A program made the position numbers and the translations under genes. The notes below the pieces were generated by a model. The model made no database searches. It saw nothing but the letters and a program-made list of their open reading frames with translations, and had not been told where the DNA came from. DNA of 64,000 bases from Deltaproteobacteria bacterium (GTDB lineage Bacteria > Myxococcota > JACRCW01), in NCBI GenBank assembly GCA_016218805.1, contig JACRCW010000071.1, positions 1-64,000 on the forward strand. The letters run 5' to 3'. Numbering within the stretch: the first letter of the stretch is position 1; each line of letters begins with the position of its first letter. Of the stretch, positions 20,073 to 28,823 are shown piece by piece.

Positions 20073-20119
20073 GGGCCCAGCATGCCTCCCACGCGGGGCT
20101 TTCGCCAGTGGGTGCCCTC

Positions 20120-21007
20120 CTACGTCCGGCCGCTCAGCTTGTCCCCGTGGCGGTAGATGAGGACGTTGGCCGCAACAAGGCACAGCATTCCCGGCAACCC
20201 GGGCAGGCCGATGACGAGGTCATCACCGCCGCGAACCAGCAGCAGCGACAACCCGGCGCCGCCGTTGATCACGCCGTGCGCCAGCGCGGGGGCCCAGGTG
20301 GTGCCGGATTCGCGGCGCAGCCACGCCAGCGGCGGGGACAGCAGCACGGTGAACACCACCATGAGGCCCACGCCGAGCTCCGGGTGGTCCGGGTAGTTGT
20401 GGCCCTGCAGGACCAGCGGCGCGTGCCACAGGCCCCACACCACGCCGACAAACAGCGACTGCTTCCAGAAGCCCAGCGGCGCCAGCTCCTTGCCGAGCCA
20501 TCCGCGCCAGCCGGCTTCTTCGCCCATGGAGACGATGGCGTTGACGGTGGCGCCGGCGGTGACCGCCTGCAGCAGGCCGAACAGGTACATGACGGGCGGC
20601 GAGGTCTTCTGGAAGTTGTCACGGAGTTTCTGCAACTGCTCCGGTGTGAGGGTGGCGGCGGCCTTGTCCAGGACGCCGGACGCGTCGGGTGCGTACTGCA
20701 CGCCGGGCATGAGCAGGGTGAGTGCGCTGGCGCCAACGCACAGGGCGGCGCCAAAGATGATGGCGAGTGGGACGGCGGCGTTGAACTCGGGGCGGAGTCC
20801 CAGCGCGGTGGCAATGGACTCACGGCGGGCGGCGGCAAACGCAGCGGCAACCAGGCCGGGGATGAGCATGTAGACGGTGCCCAGTGCGACGCTGCGGGGG
20901 GTGCCCCAGCGGATGCCCGCGGCATACGCGGCGTACGCCAGGACCCAATCCGCAGCGAACGTGACGACGAGATAGAGGGCCACGCGGCCCCAGGCGGGAC
21001 GGTCCAT
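20120..21007 (-). CDS. CPBP (CAAX/Abi) intramembrane metalloprotease
   Basis: GEEAGWRGWL, WGLWHAP and ALAHGVIN motifs; multiple TM segments. Confidence 0.93.
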   Translation of the reverse strand: MDRPAWGRVALYLVVTFAADWVLAYAAYAAGIRWGTPRSVALGTVYMLIPGLVAAAFAAARRESIATALGLRPEFNAAVPLAIIFGAALCVGASALTLLMPGVQYAPDASGVLDKAAATLTPEQLQKLRDNFQKTSPPVMYLFGLLQAVTAGATVNAIVSMGEEAGWRGWLGKELAPLGFWKQSLFVGVVWGLWHAPLVLQGHNYPDHPELGVGLMVVFTVLLSPPLAWLRRESGTTWAPALAHGVINGGAGLSLLLVRGGDDLVIGLPGLPGMLCLVAANVLIYRHGDKLSGRT

Positions 21008-21021
21008 GCCGCGCGTGTAAC

Positions 21022-21075
21022 ACCTCTCCCCGCTTGCGGGGAGAGGTCGCCGGCCTGTGGCCGGGGGTGAGGGGC
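21022..21075. repeat. REP/CIR-like intergenic palindromic element
   Basis: Perfect hairpin ACCTCTCCCCGC-TT-GCGGGGAGAGGT followed by GGGGGTGAGGGG, the CCTCTCCC/GGGAGAGG/GGGTGAGGG layout of proteobacterial intergenic repeats. Confidence 0.7.
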
Positions 21076-21095
21076 ATGGCCGTTGACGGGGACGG

Positions 21096-21671
21096 CTACG
21101 GGTCCCCACCGCCGTCCGGGAGCAGCACGGTGGGCAGGGTACGGTGCATCACCAGTCTGAAGGTGCCGTGGGGCATGGCGGTCCAGACCTGCGTGGCCAC
21201 GCGGCGGAACGTGCGGACGCCGCCGTCGGTGCGGAAGGAGACGCGTTCCACAAACGCCACCTCCGCCCGCGGTCCCAGCACGCGCGCGCGGATGTCCCGC
21301 GGCTCCAGCTTCTCCCAGGTGCCGGTGGCCACTTCGCGGCGGTACTCGCCGAGGATGGCGTCACGGCCGCGCGCCTCGGGCCACCCGGCGTGCTGGGCCA
21401 GGGTGTCGGGGTTGGATGACCAGGCCTCGCCGACGGCGTCGACGTTCCGGGCATTGATCGCGTCGTAGTAGCCGCGCACCAGCCGCTCCACGGTTTCGGC
21501 CGCGGCGTCGGGTGCGTCGTCCGCGGGCAGCGGCTTGGCGCCGGGAGGCGGGGATTTCCACGGGTCCGGCACGGCGGCGGGCGGGGTCAGCTCCGCGGCG
21601 AGCAGGTAGATGACCGGCGGAGCCGCCAGCAGCGTGGCGATGGCGAGGCCGCGGGACGCTGCCGGGGTCAT
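21096..21671 (-). CDS. NTF2/SnoaL-like (DUF4440-type) protein with N-terminal membrane anchor
   Basis: YYDAINARNVDAV...RGRDAI...ATQVW.....FRLVMH. Confidence 0.75.
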   Translation of the reverse strand: MTPAASRGLAIATLLAAPPVIYLLAAELTPPAAVPDPWKSPPPGAKPLPADDAPDAAAETVERLVRGYYDAINARNVDAVGEAWSSNPDTLAQHAGWPEARGRDAILGEYRREVATGTWEKLEPRDIRARVLGPRAEVAFVERVSFRTDGGVRTFRRVATQVWTAMPHGTFRLVMHRTLPTVLLPDGGGDP

Positions 21672-22513
21672 TCCCGGTGCCCCACGTGCACGTCCAGGTC
21701 CACGCCCAGTTCTGCCAGGCGGGGCAGCACGTGCTTTTCCAGCGCGTCATAGAACACGGACAGCATGACCACCGGCGGCGGCAAACCCAGCGCGGCCATG
21801 TCGCGTTCACGCTGGGACAGCTCGCGCGGGGGGCCTTCCAGTGGTCCGCCAATGCGGCGTTCAAAGCGCGCCAGCTCGTCGGTGAGCCGCACGCGCAGGC
21901 GGTCCTTCTGCACGGGTTTGAAGTCCGGCACAAACAGGCGCGCGGCCTCAAACCCGAACGCGCCATGGAACGACTCATCCCGGTGGATCTCGGACAGCGC
22001 CCACTGGGCAATGGGCAGCTTCACCAGGTTGAGTGCGTGGCGGAACTCGTGTGCGCTGACCAGCTCGCCAATGACAAAGAACGCCACCATGCCGGCGATG
22101 GCCTGCTCATCCGCCTCCGCGTCGTCGCGCCAGGCCAGCACGGGTGGCGTGGCGTCACGCGGGAGCGTGGGGGTTGCGCCCAGCGCCTGCAGCACGTCCG
22201 CGGCCACGTCCACGTGGCGCACCTCGTCCTCCACCACGCGGCCAAACGCCCCCAGCACGTCCAGCGGCGCCCCCAACCGCGCCAGCGCACCGGTCATCCA
22301 GCCGGAGATGACCACGCTCTCGTATTCGCTCTCCATGAGGCGCTGCCAGCCCGCCACCACGTCAGGGAGCAGCGCGGCAGGGATGTCCTTGAGGTCCAAA
22401 GCGGGCGGGTCGTCCGCGGCGCCGTCGCGGCGGACGCGCTGGCGGTGGAGGCTGGCCATGCGCGTGGCGGCGCGGTTGACCGCAAAGCGGGGCAGGGTGG
22501 AGCGGCAGCTCAT
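21668..22513 (-). CDS. ferritin-like (diiron) domain protein
   Basis: ESEYES, EDEVRH, GELVS and RDESFH give the E/ExxH/E/ExxH ligand pattern; start 22513 or 22459. Confidence 0.85.
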   Translation of the reverse strand: MSCRSTLPRFAVNRAATRMASLHRQRVRRDGAADDPPALDLKDIPAALLPDVVAGWQRLMESEYESVVISGWMTGALARLGAPLDVLGAFGRVVEDEVRHVDVAADVLQALGATPTLPRDATPPVLAWRDDAEADEQAIAGMVAFFVIGELVSAHEFRHALNLVKLPIAQWALSEIHRDESFHGAFGFEAARLFVPDFKPVQKDRLRVRLTDELARFERRIGGPLEGPPRELSQRERDMAALGLPPPVVMLSVFYDALEKHVLPRLAELGVDLDVHVGHRE

Positions 22514-22599
22514 TGAATGGCCTTTCGCAACGGCCCGCGGGCCCGTCAAGGGGGGGCCTTGCGTGGCCGGGGCGGCGTCTTCCAAGGTTGGGCCCGGCC

Positions 22600-23682
22600 A
22601 TGGCGACGGTGGGACCCAAGACGGGCGGTTTCTGGTTGTGGCGCAAGCAGGCCACCGCGTCCGTGTTGACGGCGTTGTTGCCGCGCGCGCTGGCTGCACC
22701 GCTGCCGTTGGAGCGTCCCCTGCGCGTGGGTTACCTGCGGTTTGACCGGCGCGTGGGCGAAGTCCTGCTGCAGACGCCGCTGTACGCGGCGCACAAGGCC
22801 GCGCGCCCGTTGGACACCGTGGTGGCGGTGGTCCACCCGCGCATGGCGCGCGTGCTGCGCGGCCAGGACGGCATTGACGAACTGGTGCCCTTCTCCTGGC
22901 GCGGCTTCCCGCTCACCGCGGAGTCACGCGCCTGGCTGGCCGCGCTGCGCTCCCTGCGGCTGGACGTGGCGGTGGACTGCAGCGACCCGACGATCTTCTC
23001 CGTGGGTCACGTGGTGGCCACGCGGCTCACCGGTGCGCCGCACCGCGTGGGTTTCCACCGCGGTCCGGCGGAGGCGCACTACACGCGCACCGTGCCGGTC
23101 CCTGACCCGGTGCATGAAGCCTCCGCGCGCGCGGCGCTGTTGGAACCCTTTGGTGTCCGCGCATCACCGGAGCTGCGTTTCACCCCGCACCCCGCCACGC
23201 CGGTGCGGGTGGACGGTGCGGACGTGGTGGCGCGGATGGCGGCGGAGCCGGGGAGGCACGCCGTGGTGTGCCCGGGCGGGCGGCTGGCGTGGCGGCGCGG
23301 TGGCGCGGAGCACTTTGGTGCGCTGGCGGCGGCGGTGCTGGCCGCGGGACGTACGGCGTGGCTGGCCCCCGGCCCCGGCGAAGAGCCGCTATGCCGCGAC
23401 GTGGCGGCGCTGGCCCCGGGCGCGCGGCTGCTTCCCGTCACGGACCTGGACCAGCTGGGTGCGGTGATGCGCGCGGCCGGCGTTGTCGCCTGCAACAACA
23501 GCGGCACCATGCACCTGGCGTGCGCGGTGGGGGCGCGCACGTTTGCGTTGTTTGTGCACATGGACCCGGTGCGGTGGGGACACCCGCAGCCCCAGCACCG
23601 CATGTACGTGCTGGATCCCGCCGCGCCCGACGCCACGGTGCGCCTGGTGGACGCGTTCCGGGCATTCCTGGAGGCGGCATGA
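22600..23682 (+). CDS. glycosyltransferase family 9 (ADP-heptose:LPS heptosyltransferase-like)
   Basis: RVGEVLLQTP, VVCPGG, ACNNSGTMHLACAVG, RWGHP. Confidence 0.9.
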   Translation: MATVGPKTGGFWLWRKQATASVLTALLPRALAAPLPLERPLRVGYLRFDRRVGEVLLQTPLYAAHKAARPLDTVVAVVHPRMARVLRGQDGIDELVPFSWRGFPLTAESRAWLAALRSLRLDVAVDCSDPTIFSVGHVVATRLTGAPHRVGFHRGPAEAHYTRTVPVPDPVHEASARAALLEPFGVRASPELRFTPHPATPVRVDGADVVARMAAEPGRHAVVCPGGRLAWRRGGAEHFGALAAAVLAAGRTAWLAPGPGEEPLCRDVAALAPGARLLPVTDLDQLGAVMRAAGVVACNNSGTMHLACAVGARTFALFVHMDPVRWGHPQPQHRMYVLDPAAPDATVRLVDAFRAFLEAA

Positions 23683-25094
23683 TCCTGCCCGGGCTGCTCC
23701 TGCTGGTGGCGGCGCAGGACGGCGGCCCCGCGCCGCTGCCCGGCCCCAGCCCGGACGAGGTGGACGCGGTGCTGCGCGCGCTGGAGCCGCAGTCCGCCGC
23801 GGTGGCCGCCGCCCCCGCGCCCGAGTTGGAAGTGCCGCACGCGGACCTGCCGCCGCGCTGGTGGGAGATGGTGGAGCCGGTGCTGGCCCTGCGGTTGCGC
23901 CCGGTGGTGCGGCTGGGCCACCCCACAAGCCAACGCCGCCCGGAGGGCGCCCTGGACCTGCGCGGCTGGGTGGGCGCCACGCTGCACCCGGTGCCGGGGC
24001 TGTCAGCGCGGCTGGTGCTGGCGGTGCATCCGTCCTTCCCGGCGTTGGAGGCGCCCGGGCCGGATGCGCTGTTGGATGGCTGGGTGGAGTGGGCGTACCC
24101 GGCGCTGGGTGGCACGGTGGCGCTGCGGGCGGGGCGGCAGGAGATAGCGCTCACGGAGCTGACGTGGGCGCGGCAGGACTGGCTGCAGCGGCCGCCGCGT
24201 TTTGACGGCGCCACCGCGCGGCTCACAGTGGGGCGCGCGTTCCTGGTGGCGGTGCTGGCCGCGGAGGCGCTGTGGACGCTGCCGGTGGCGGGCGAGCCGC
24301 CGGACGTGAACGTGGTGGCGGCGCTGCAGAGCGGCTTTTCCGACGGGCCGGGGCGGCTGCTGGAGCTGCACGCGGTCCTGCGCGCCCCGCGCGTGGCGGC
24401 GCACGGGGACCGCACGGAGGGCCTGGCCACCCCGGCGCGCCTGTTTGCGGGCGGCAACGCGGAGTGGACCTGGATGGGCCTGCACGGCCGCGCGGCGTTG
24501 GACGTGGAGCAGGAGCAGTTTGAACGGCCCAGCGTGTTCGCCCCGCCGGTGGTGTTCCACGCGGAGGGGGGATACGCGCCGCACTTCCCATGGGCGTTTG
24601 GTGCGTACGCGTCCGCCGGGGCGCGCGGCGGGCTGGGCCAGCCCATGAGCTGGCTGCCGGGCGCGGCGGGAGGCTGGAGCGGGTTTGACGGCGTGGCGGC
24701 GCAGGACGCGGTGCCGCTGTACGGCACGGTGCACGGCGCCTACGGCGAGATGGACCTGGCGCGCTCCACCAACGCGTATGCCCTGTTTGCCCGCGCCGGC
24801 CTGGTGCGGGACCGCCTGCAGGATCTCAGCTTCACGCTGTGGCGCCTGGCGCAGTGGGACGCGCGCGGGGCCTGGTACCCCGCGGCCGGGGACTCCCCGT
24901 TGTTGGCGCCCGGGGAGGGCCGGCCCACGCCGCTGATTGGCTGGGAGGCGGACCTGTCCGCCCGCGCGCAGCTCACAGATCACCTGGTGCTGTCCGGCGC
25001 GGTGGGCCTGTTGTACGCAGGGTCCCGCGCGCGGGATGCGCAATTCACGTCATTTGCGCAGACGGCGTGGGGATCGCTGGAATTCCGGTTGTAG
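23679..25094 (+). CDS. outer-membrane beta-barrel protein, alginate-export family-like
   Basis: Signal peptide; LRAGRQEI, RFDG, YGTVHGAYGEMD, IGWEADL; C-terminal LEFRL; ATGA overlap. Confidence 0.65.
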   Translation: MILPGLLLLVAAQDGGPAPLPGPSPDEVDAVLRALEPQSAAVAAAPAPELEVPHADLPPRWWEMVEPVLALRLRPVVRLGHPTSQRRPEGALDLRGWVGATLHPVPGLSARLVLAVHPSFPALEAPGPDALLDGWVEWAYPALGGTVALRAGRQEIALTELTWARQDWLQRPPRFDGATARLTVGRAFLVAVLAAEALWTLPVAGEPPDVNVVAALQSGFSDGPGRLLELHAVLRAPRVAAHGDRTEGLATPARLFAGGNAEWTWMGLHGRAALDVEQEQFERPSVFAPPVVFHAEGGYAPHFPWAFGAYASAGARGGLGQPMSWLPGAAGGWSGFDGVAAQDAVPLYGTVHGAYGEMDLARSTNAYALFARAGLVRDRLQDLSFTLWRLAQWDARGAWYPAAGDSPLLAPGEGRPTPLIGWEADLSARAQLTDHLVLSGAVGLLYAGSRARDAQFTSFAQTAWGSLEFRL

Positions 25095-25100
25095 CGGCGC

Positions 25101-25982
25101 TCAGGCACCACCCGCGTCGGCGGGCTCGTCGTCCAGCACCACTTCGGTGTCGCTTTCGGAGATCTCCTGCTCCTCCAGCACCACCTCCAGGTAGCCGTCC
25201 GCCACCATGCGGGCCAGCAGGCGGCATGAATCAAACTCCCCCAGGTGCCCCAGGTCCACCACGCGCTGCACCGTGGTCCCCTTGCCCACCAGGGAGAACA
25301 ACAGCTTCTCCTCCTCGCTGGGACCGGTGGGCGGCGGCGGCTCACCGTCATCACCCAGGTCAAACAGGCTCTCACCGGTGTCCACCGGCGCCGGCCGGCT
25401 GGGCGCCTGGGAAATGTCCCGCTTCACGCGCAGCGTGTGCCCGTTGGACGGGATCACCCGCCGGATATCCGGCCATTCGCCCGTGCGCCGCACGCCCTCC
25501 ATCAGCGCAATCTCCCACTTCATGCCCGGGCGCAGCTCCGCCGCCATGGTCGTGGTGGCGCCCACCACGAACTCATAGGTGCCGCTGGCCAGCGAAAACG
25601 CGTTGAACAGCGTCTCCCGCGTCTGCAGCCGGATGAAATCCGCCAGCACCGGCTGCGGCACGAACCGCCCCTCCAGCAACACCGCGCCAATCTTCTTGCC
25701 CGTCCGCTGCTGCATGTTCAGCGCGTCCAGCAGCGCGGCACGCGTGATGAGCCCCGCGCGCACCAGCATCTCGCCCAGGCGGTGCTTCACGTCCCGCTGC
25801 TTGTCCTCCACGCGGATGAGCAGCCCGTTGTGCATCCAGATGTCCACCGCCCGCGGGGGCGCACGCAGCCGCAGCAGACCGGACTTGTTCTGCCGCCCCA
25901 AGAGCTGGATGACGTCCGCGCAGCCGTCCTTCTCCAGGATCCCCTTGAGCGCCACGCGACTGCCGCCCTCCTCCGCGTCCAC
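25101..25982 (-). CDS. DUF4388 (PatA-N-like) protein with MshEN-like c-di-GMP-binding motif
   Basis: ALKGILE....DVIQLL....KSGLL; RLGEMLVRAGLITRAALLDALNMQ; LMEGVRRTGEW. Confidence 0.88.
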   Translation of the reverse strand: MDAEEGGSRVALKGILEKDGCADVIQLLGRQNKSGLLRLRAPPRAVDIWMHNGLLIRVEDKQRDVKHRLGEMLVRAGLITRAALLDALNMQQRTGKKIGAVLLEGRFVPQPVLADFIRLQTRETLFNAFSLASGTYEFVVGATTTMAAELRPGMKWEIALMEGVRRTGEWPDIRRVIPSNGHTLRVKRDISQAPSRPAPVDTGESLFDLGDDGEPPPPTGPSEEEKLLFSLVGKGTTVQRVVDLGHLGEFDSCRLLARMVADGYLEVVLEEQEISESDTEVVLDDEPADAGGA

Positions 25983-26120
25983 GGTGGGACTCGGCGTGCG
26001 GATGCTACCCGCATGTCCCGACCCGCGTCAGCCCGCCGTGTGTCCCGCATCACCTCCGTTGACGGATTGTCGGCCATTATCCTACATGGCCGGCAGGCGG
26101 CGGTGAGCCGGGGAGCGGTG

Positions 26121-27056
26121 ATGGCCAAGTCCACGCAGTTGCGAGCGATGGTCGGGTTGGAGCCGCAGATCCTCACGGTGCAGACGGGGAGCCGGTCCTT
26201 TGCGGGGCGGGTGTTGGCGCCGCCGGCGCAGGTCCGCAGCGGGGACGAGGTCCACCTGCGCGTGAAGATTGGCGCCGGAGAGGACTGGGCGGACGTGCTG
26301 ACGCGGGTCCGCCGGGTGGGTGGGGTGGCGCCCAGCGTGCCGTGGGGCGCGGGCCTGGCGCTGGACCTGGAGATTGTCCGGACCGCGCGGGGCTGCGAGG
26401 CGCTGTTTGAGACCGGGCAGGCGCTGGTGGGGAACGATTCCGTAGCCGTGGAGGAGAGTGATCCCGGGGAGATGGTGGGGTCACTCAAGCACATGCCGCT
26501 GGCGGATCTGCTGCAGACCATGGAGCTGATGCAGAAGACGGCGCGCGTGGAGGTCACGGACCTGGAGGGTGCTTCCGGCGTGGTGCACGTGGAGCGCGGC
26601 GCCGTGGTGGATGCGCAGATGCATGAGCTGGGTGCCATGGAAGCTTTCACGGCCATGGTCGGCCTGGCGCGCGGGCGGTTCCAGGTGCGGTTTGGGTGCC
26701 CGGCGCCGCGGCGGAGCCTGGAGCAGCCCACCAGCTTCCTGCTGCTGGAGGCCATGCGGAAGCTGGACGAGGACGCGCGCGAACCCACCCCCACCGTCCC
26801 CGGCCGCCGCGCACCGGCCCCCGTGGAGATGGCGGATTCCGTGCCGGCGCCGTGGCCGGACCCCGCGGCGCCCGCCCCCGTTCCGGTCTCCCCCTCTGCG
26901 CCCTTTGGCCGGTTCTTTGCCGAGGCGGGCCGCATCATCACCCTGCGCAGCGTGCGCGCCGCGGCGCAGCTCCCGCCCGACGACGACGCCATCCGGTCCG
27001 TCCCGCCGCGCAACCCGTTCCACGGCCACAGCAACAACTCCACCCCGCCGGCGTGA
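26121..27056 (+). CDS. DUF4388 domain protein
   Basis: GSLKHMPLADLLQTMELMQKTA...GAVVDA...GRF...LLLEAMRKLDE; Pro-rich tail. Confidence 0.85.
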   Translation: MAKSTQLRAMVGLEPQILTVQTGSRSFAGRVLAPPAQVRSGDEVHLRVKIGAGEDWADVLTRVRRVGGVAPSVPWGAGLALDLEIVRTARGCEALFETGQALVGNDSVAVEESDPGEMVGSLKHMPLADLLQTMELMQKTARVEVTDLEGASGVVHVERGAVVDAQMHELGAMEAFTAMVGLARGRFQVRFGCPAPRRSLEQPTSFLLLEAMRKLDEDAREPTPTVPGRRAPAPVEMADSVPAPWPDPAAPAPVPVSPSAPFGRFFAEAGRIITLRSVRAAAQLPPDDDAIRSVPPRNPFHGHSNNSTPPA

Positions 27057-27137
27057 CGCCACCGGGGGAGCCTGGGCGCTCGCGCGCGGGGCCCCTTGTG
27101 TGGGAGAAACCGCCTCCCGGCGACGGAGGTTAAGACC

Positions 27138-28823
27138 ATGAAGCGCGTGGCGTGGGCATGGGTGGCGGTCTGCCTGGTGGTCTTCCCCGGGATGGCCCGG
27201 GCCGCCGGCTACTGGGTCAGCGAGATTGGCCCCAAGGCCATTGGCCGCGGCGGGGCGTTTGTGGCCTCCCCGGATGACCCCACGGCGATGTGGCTCAACC
27301 CCGCGGGCCTCTCCCTGGTGCCCGGCGCGCAGATCTACGTGGACACCTCGCTGGTGCGGCTCAACCAGCAGTTCACGCGTTCCTGCACGCCCAGCTGCGC
27401 GCCCAATCCCTACACCGTGGATTATGACGGCAACACGCTCACCGTGCCCAAGCACCCGCTGATTGTGGACGGAGAGTCGGTCATTGACCCGTACGGGCCC
27501 AATGGTGGCTTCGCAGACGGTGACCGCAGCGGTCTGCTCCTGGGCAACAAGGGCGAAGGAAGCGTGGGCACCGCGGTCAACGGGCGGGCCGGCCCCATGC
27601 AGGGCCGCTTTGGGCGGTGGGTCCCCTTCCTCTCCATGAGCTTCAACGGTGAACTGCTGGGCGTTCCGGGGCTGGGGCTGGGCGCCGCGGTGTACGGCCC
27701 CAACACGGGCGGCGTGCAGTACGCGGATGACGGCGTGCAGCGGTACAGCGTCATCACCAGCGAGCCGTTTGAGATGTTCACCGAGCTGGCCGTGGCCTAC
27801 CGGTTCAACCGCTACATCGGCCTGGGCGTGGGGCTGGCACTGGACCGCCTGGGCACGCACCAACGCGTGGCGCTGTCCACGGACAAGCGCGGCACGGAGG
27901 CCAGGGAGAAGGACGTCATCGTGGACTTTGCCGCGTATGAGAACTTCATCCCGACGATGATGGTGGGCTTCACGTCCAACCCGGTGGCGGGGCTCCACGT
28001 GGGCGGGAGTTTCCTCACCCCACGCAAGGCGCGCGCCACCGGGCCGCTGAAGGTGACGCCCAACAGCAATCTCAACGACCCCAACGACCCCGACAGCCTG
28101 GGGCTTACGTTTGACGACAGCCACGCGCGCGCCGTGGGGTACTTCGGTTCACCGGCCGCCGCGCGCCTGGGTGCGCGCTACGATTTTGCGCCGTGGTTTG
28201 ATTTTGAGGTGGCGGTGGTCCGCGAGTTCTGGTCCCAGATGCGGTACGTGCGCCTGGACATTGAGGGACTGGACGCCCGCACCACGCTGCAGCCCGACAA
28301 GCCGCTGGCCCTGCCCCCAACGCTGCAGCCCAAGGAGTGGCGTGACACGTGGAGCCTGCGCGCCGGCGGTGACTTCAACGTGTGGCCGGGCGTGGCCACG
28401 GTGCGCGCGGGGACGTTTGTGGAGGAGAGCGCCATCCCGGACCGGACTTACGACGTCACGGTGGCGGACGGGCGCAAGCTGGGTGTGTCCACGGGGTTCA
28501 CGGTCGGGTACTTCGGGTTGCGGTTGGTGGGCGCCTGGCAGCACGTCTTCATTGAGGCCCGCGAGATCACCGACTCGCGGGTGGTCTCACAGAATCCGGT
28601 GGGGGTGGTCCAGAACATGGGCGGCAACACCGTGGTGGCGCTGGGCCGCTACTACCAGTCCCATGACGTGGGCTCCGTGGGCGTGGTGCTGGACGTGGGC
28701 GAGATGGCCCTGCGCCTGAAGGGCGTGGTGTCCGGAGACCGCGGCTGGTGGCGCCCGGAGGGTCCGCGCTCGCGCACCGTGCTGGATGCGGGCAGCTACC
28801 TGCAGCGCTCCTCCAACTTCTGA
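27138..28823 (+). CDS. FadL/TodX-like outer-membrane long-chain fatty acid transporter
   Basis: Signal peptide, then AGYW..EIGPKAIGRGGAFVASPDDPTAMWLNPAGL; WRDTWSLRAG; GGAGG RBS. Confidence 0.9.
   Translation: MKRVAWAWVAVCLVVFPGMARAAGYWVSEIGPKAIGRGGAFVASPDDPTAMWLNPAGLSLVPGAQIYVDTSLVRLNQQFTRSCTPSCAPNPYTVDYDGNTLTVPKHPLIVDGESVIDPYGPNGGFADGDRSGLLLGNKGEGSVGTAVNGRAGPMQGRFGRWVPFLSMSFNGELLGVPGLGLGAAVYGPNTGGVQYADDGVQRYSVITSEPFEMFTELAVAYRFNRYIGLGVGLALDRLGTHQRVALSTDKRGTEAREKDVIVDFAAYENFIPTMMVGFTSNPVAGLHVGGSFLTPRKARATGPLKVTPNSNLNDPNDPDSLGLTFDDSHARAVGYFGSPAAARLGARYDFAPWFDFEVAVVREFWSQMRYVRLDIEGLDARTTLQPDKPLALPPTLQPKEWRDTWSLRAGGDFNVWPGVATVRAGTFVEESAIPDRTYDVTVADGRKLGVSTGFTVGYFGLRLVGAWQHVFIEAREITDSRVVSQNPVGVVQNMGGNTVVALGRYYQSHDVGSVGVVLDVGEMALRLKGVVSGDRGWWRPEGPRSRTVLDAGSYLQRSSNF

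Noticed and set aside
20120..21007. Abortive-infection defence gene (Abi name)
   Set aside because: CPBP proteases are general membrane proteases; the family name alone does not indicate defence
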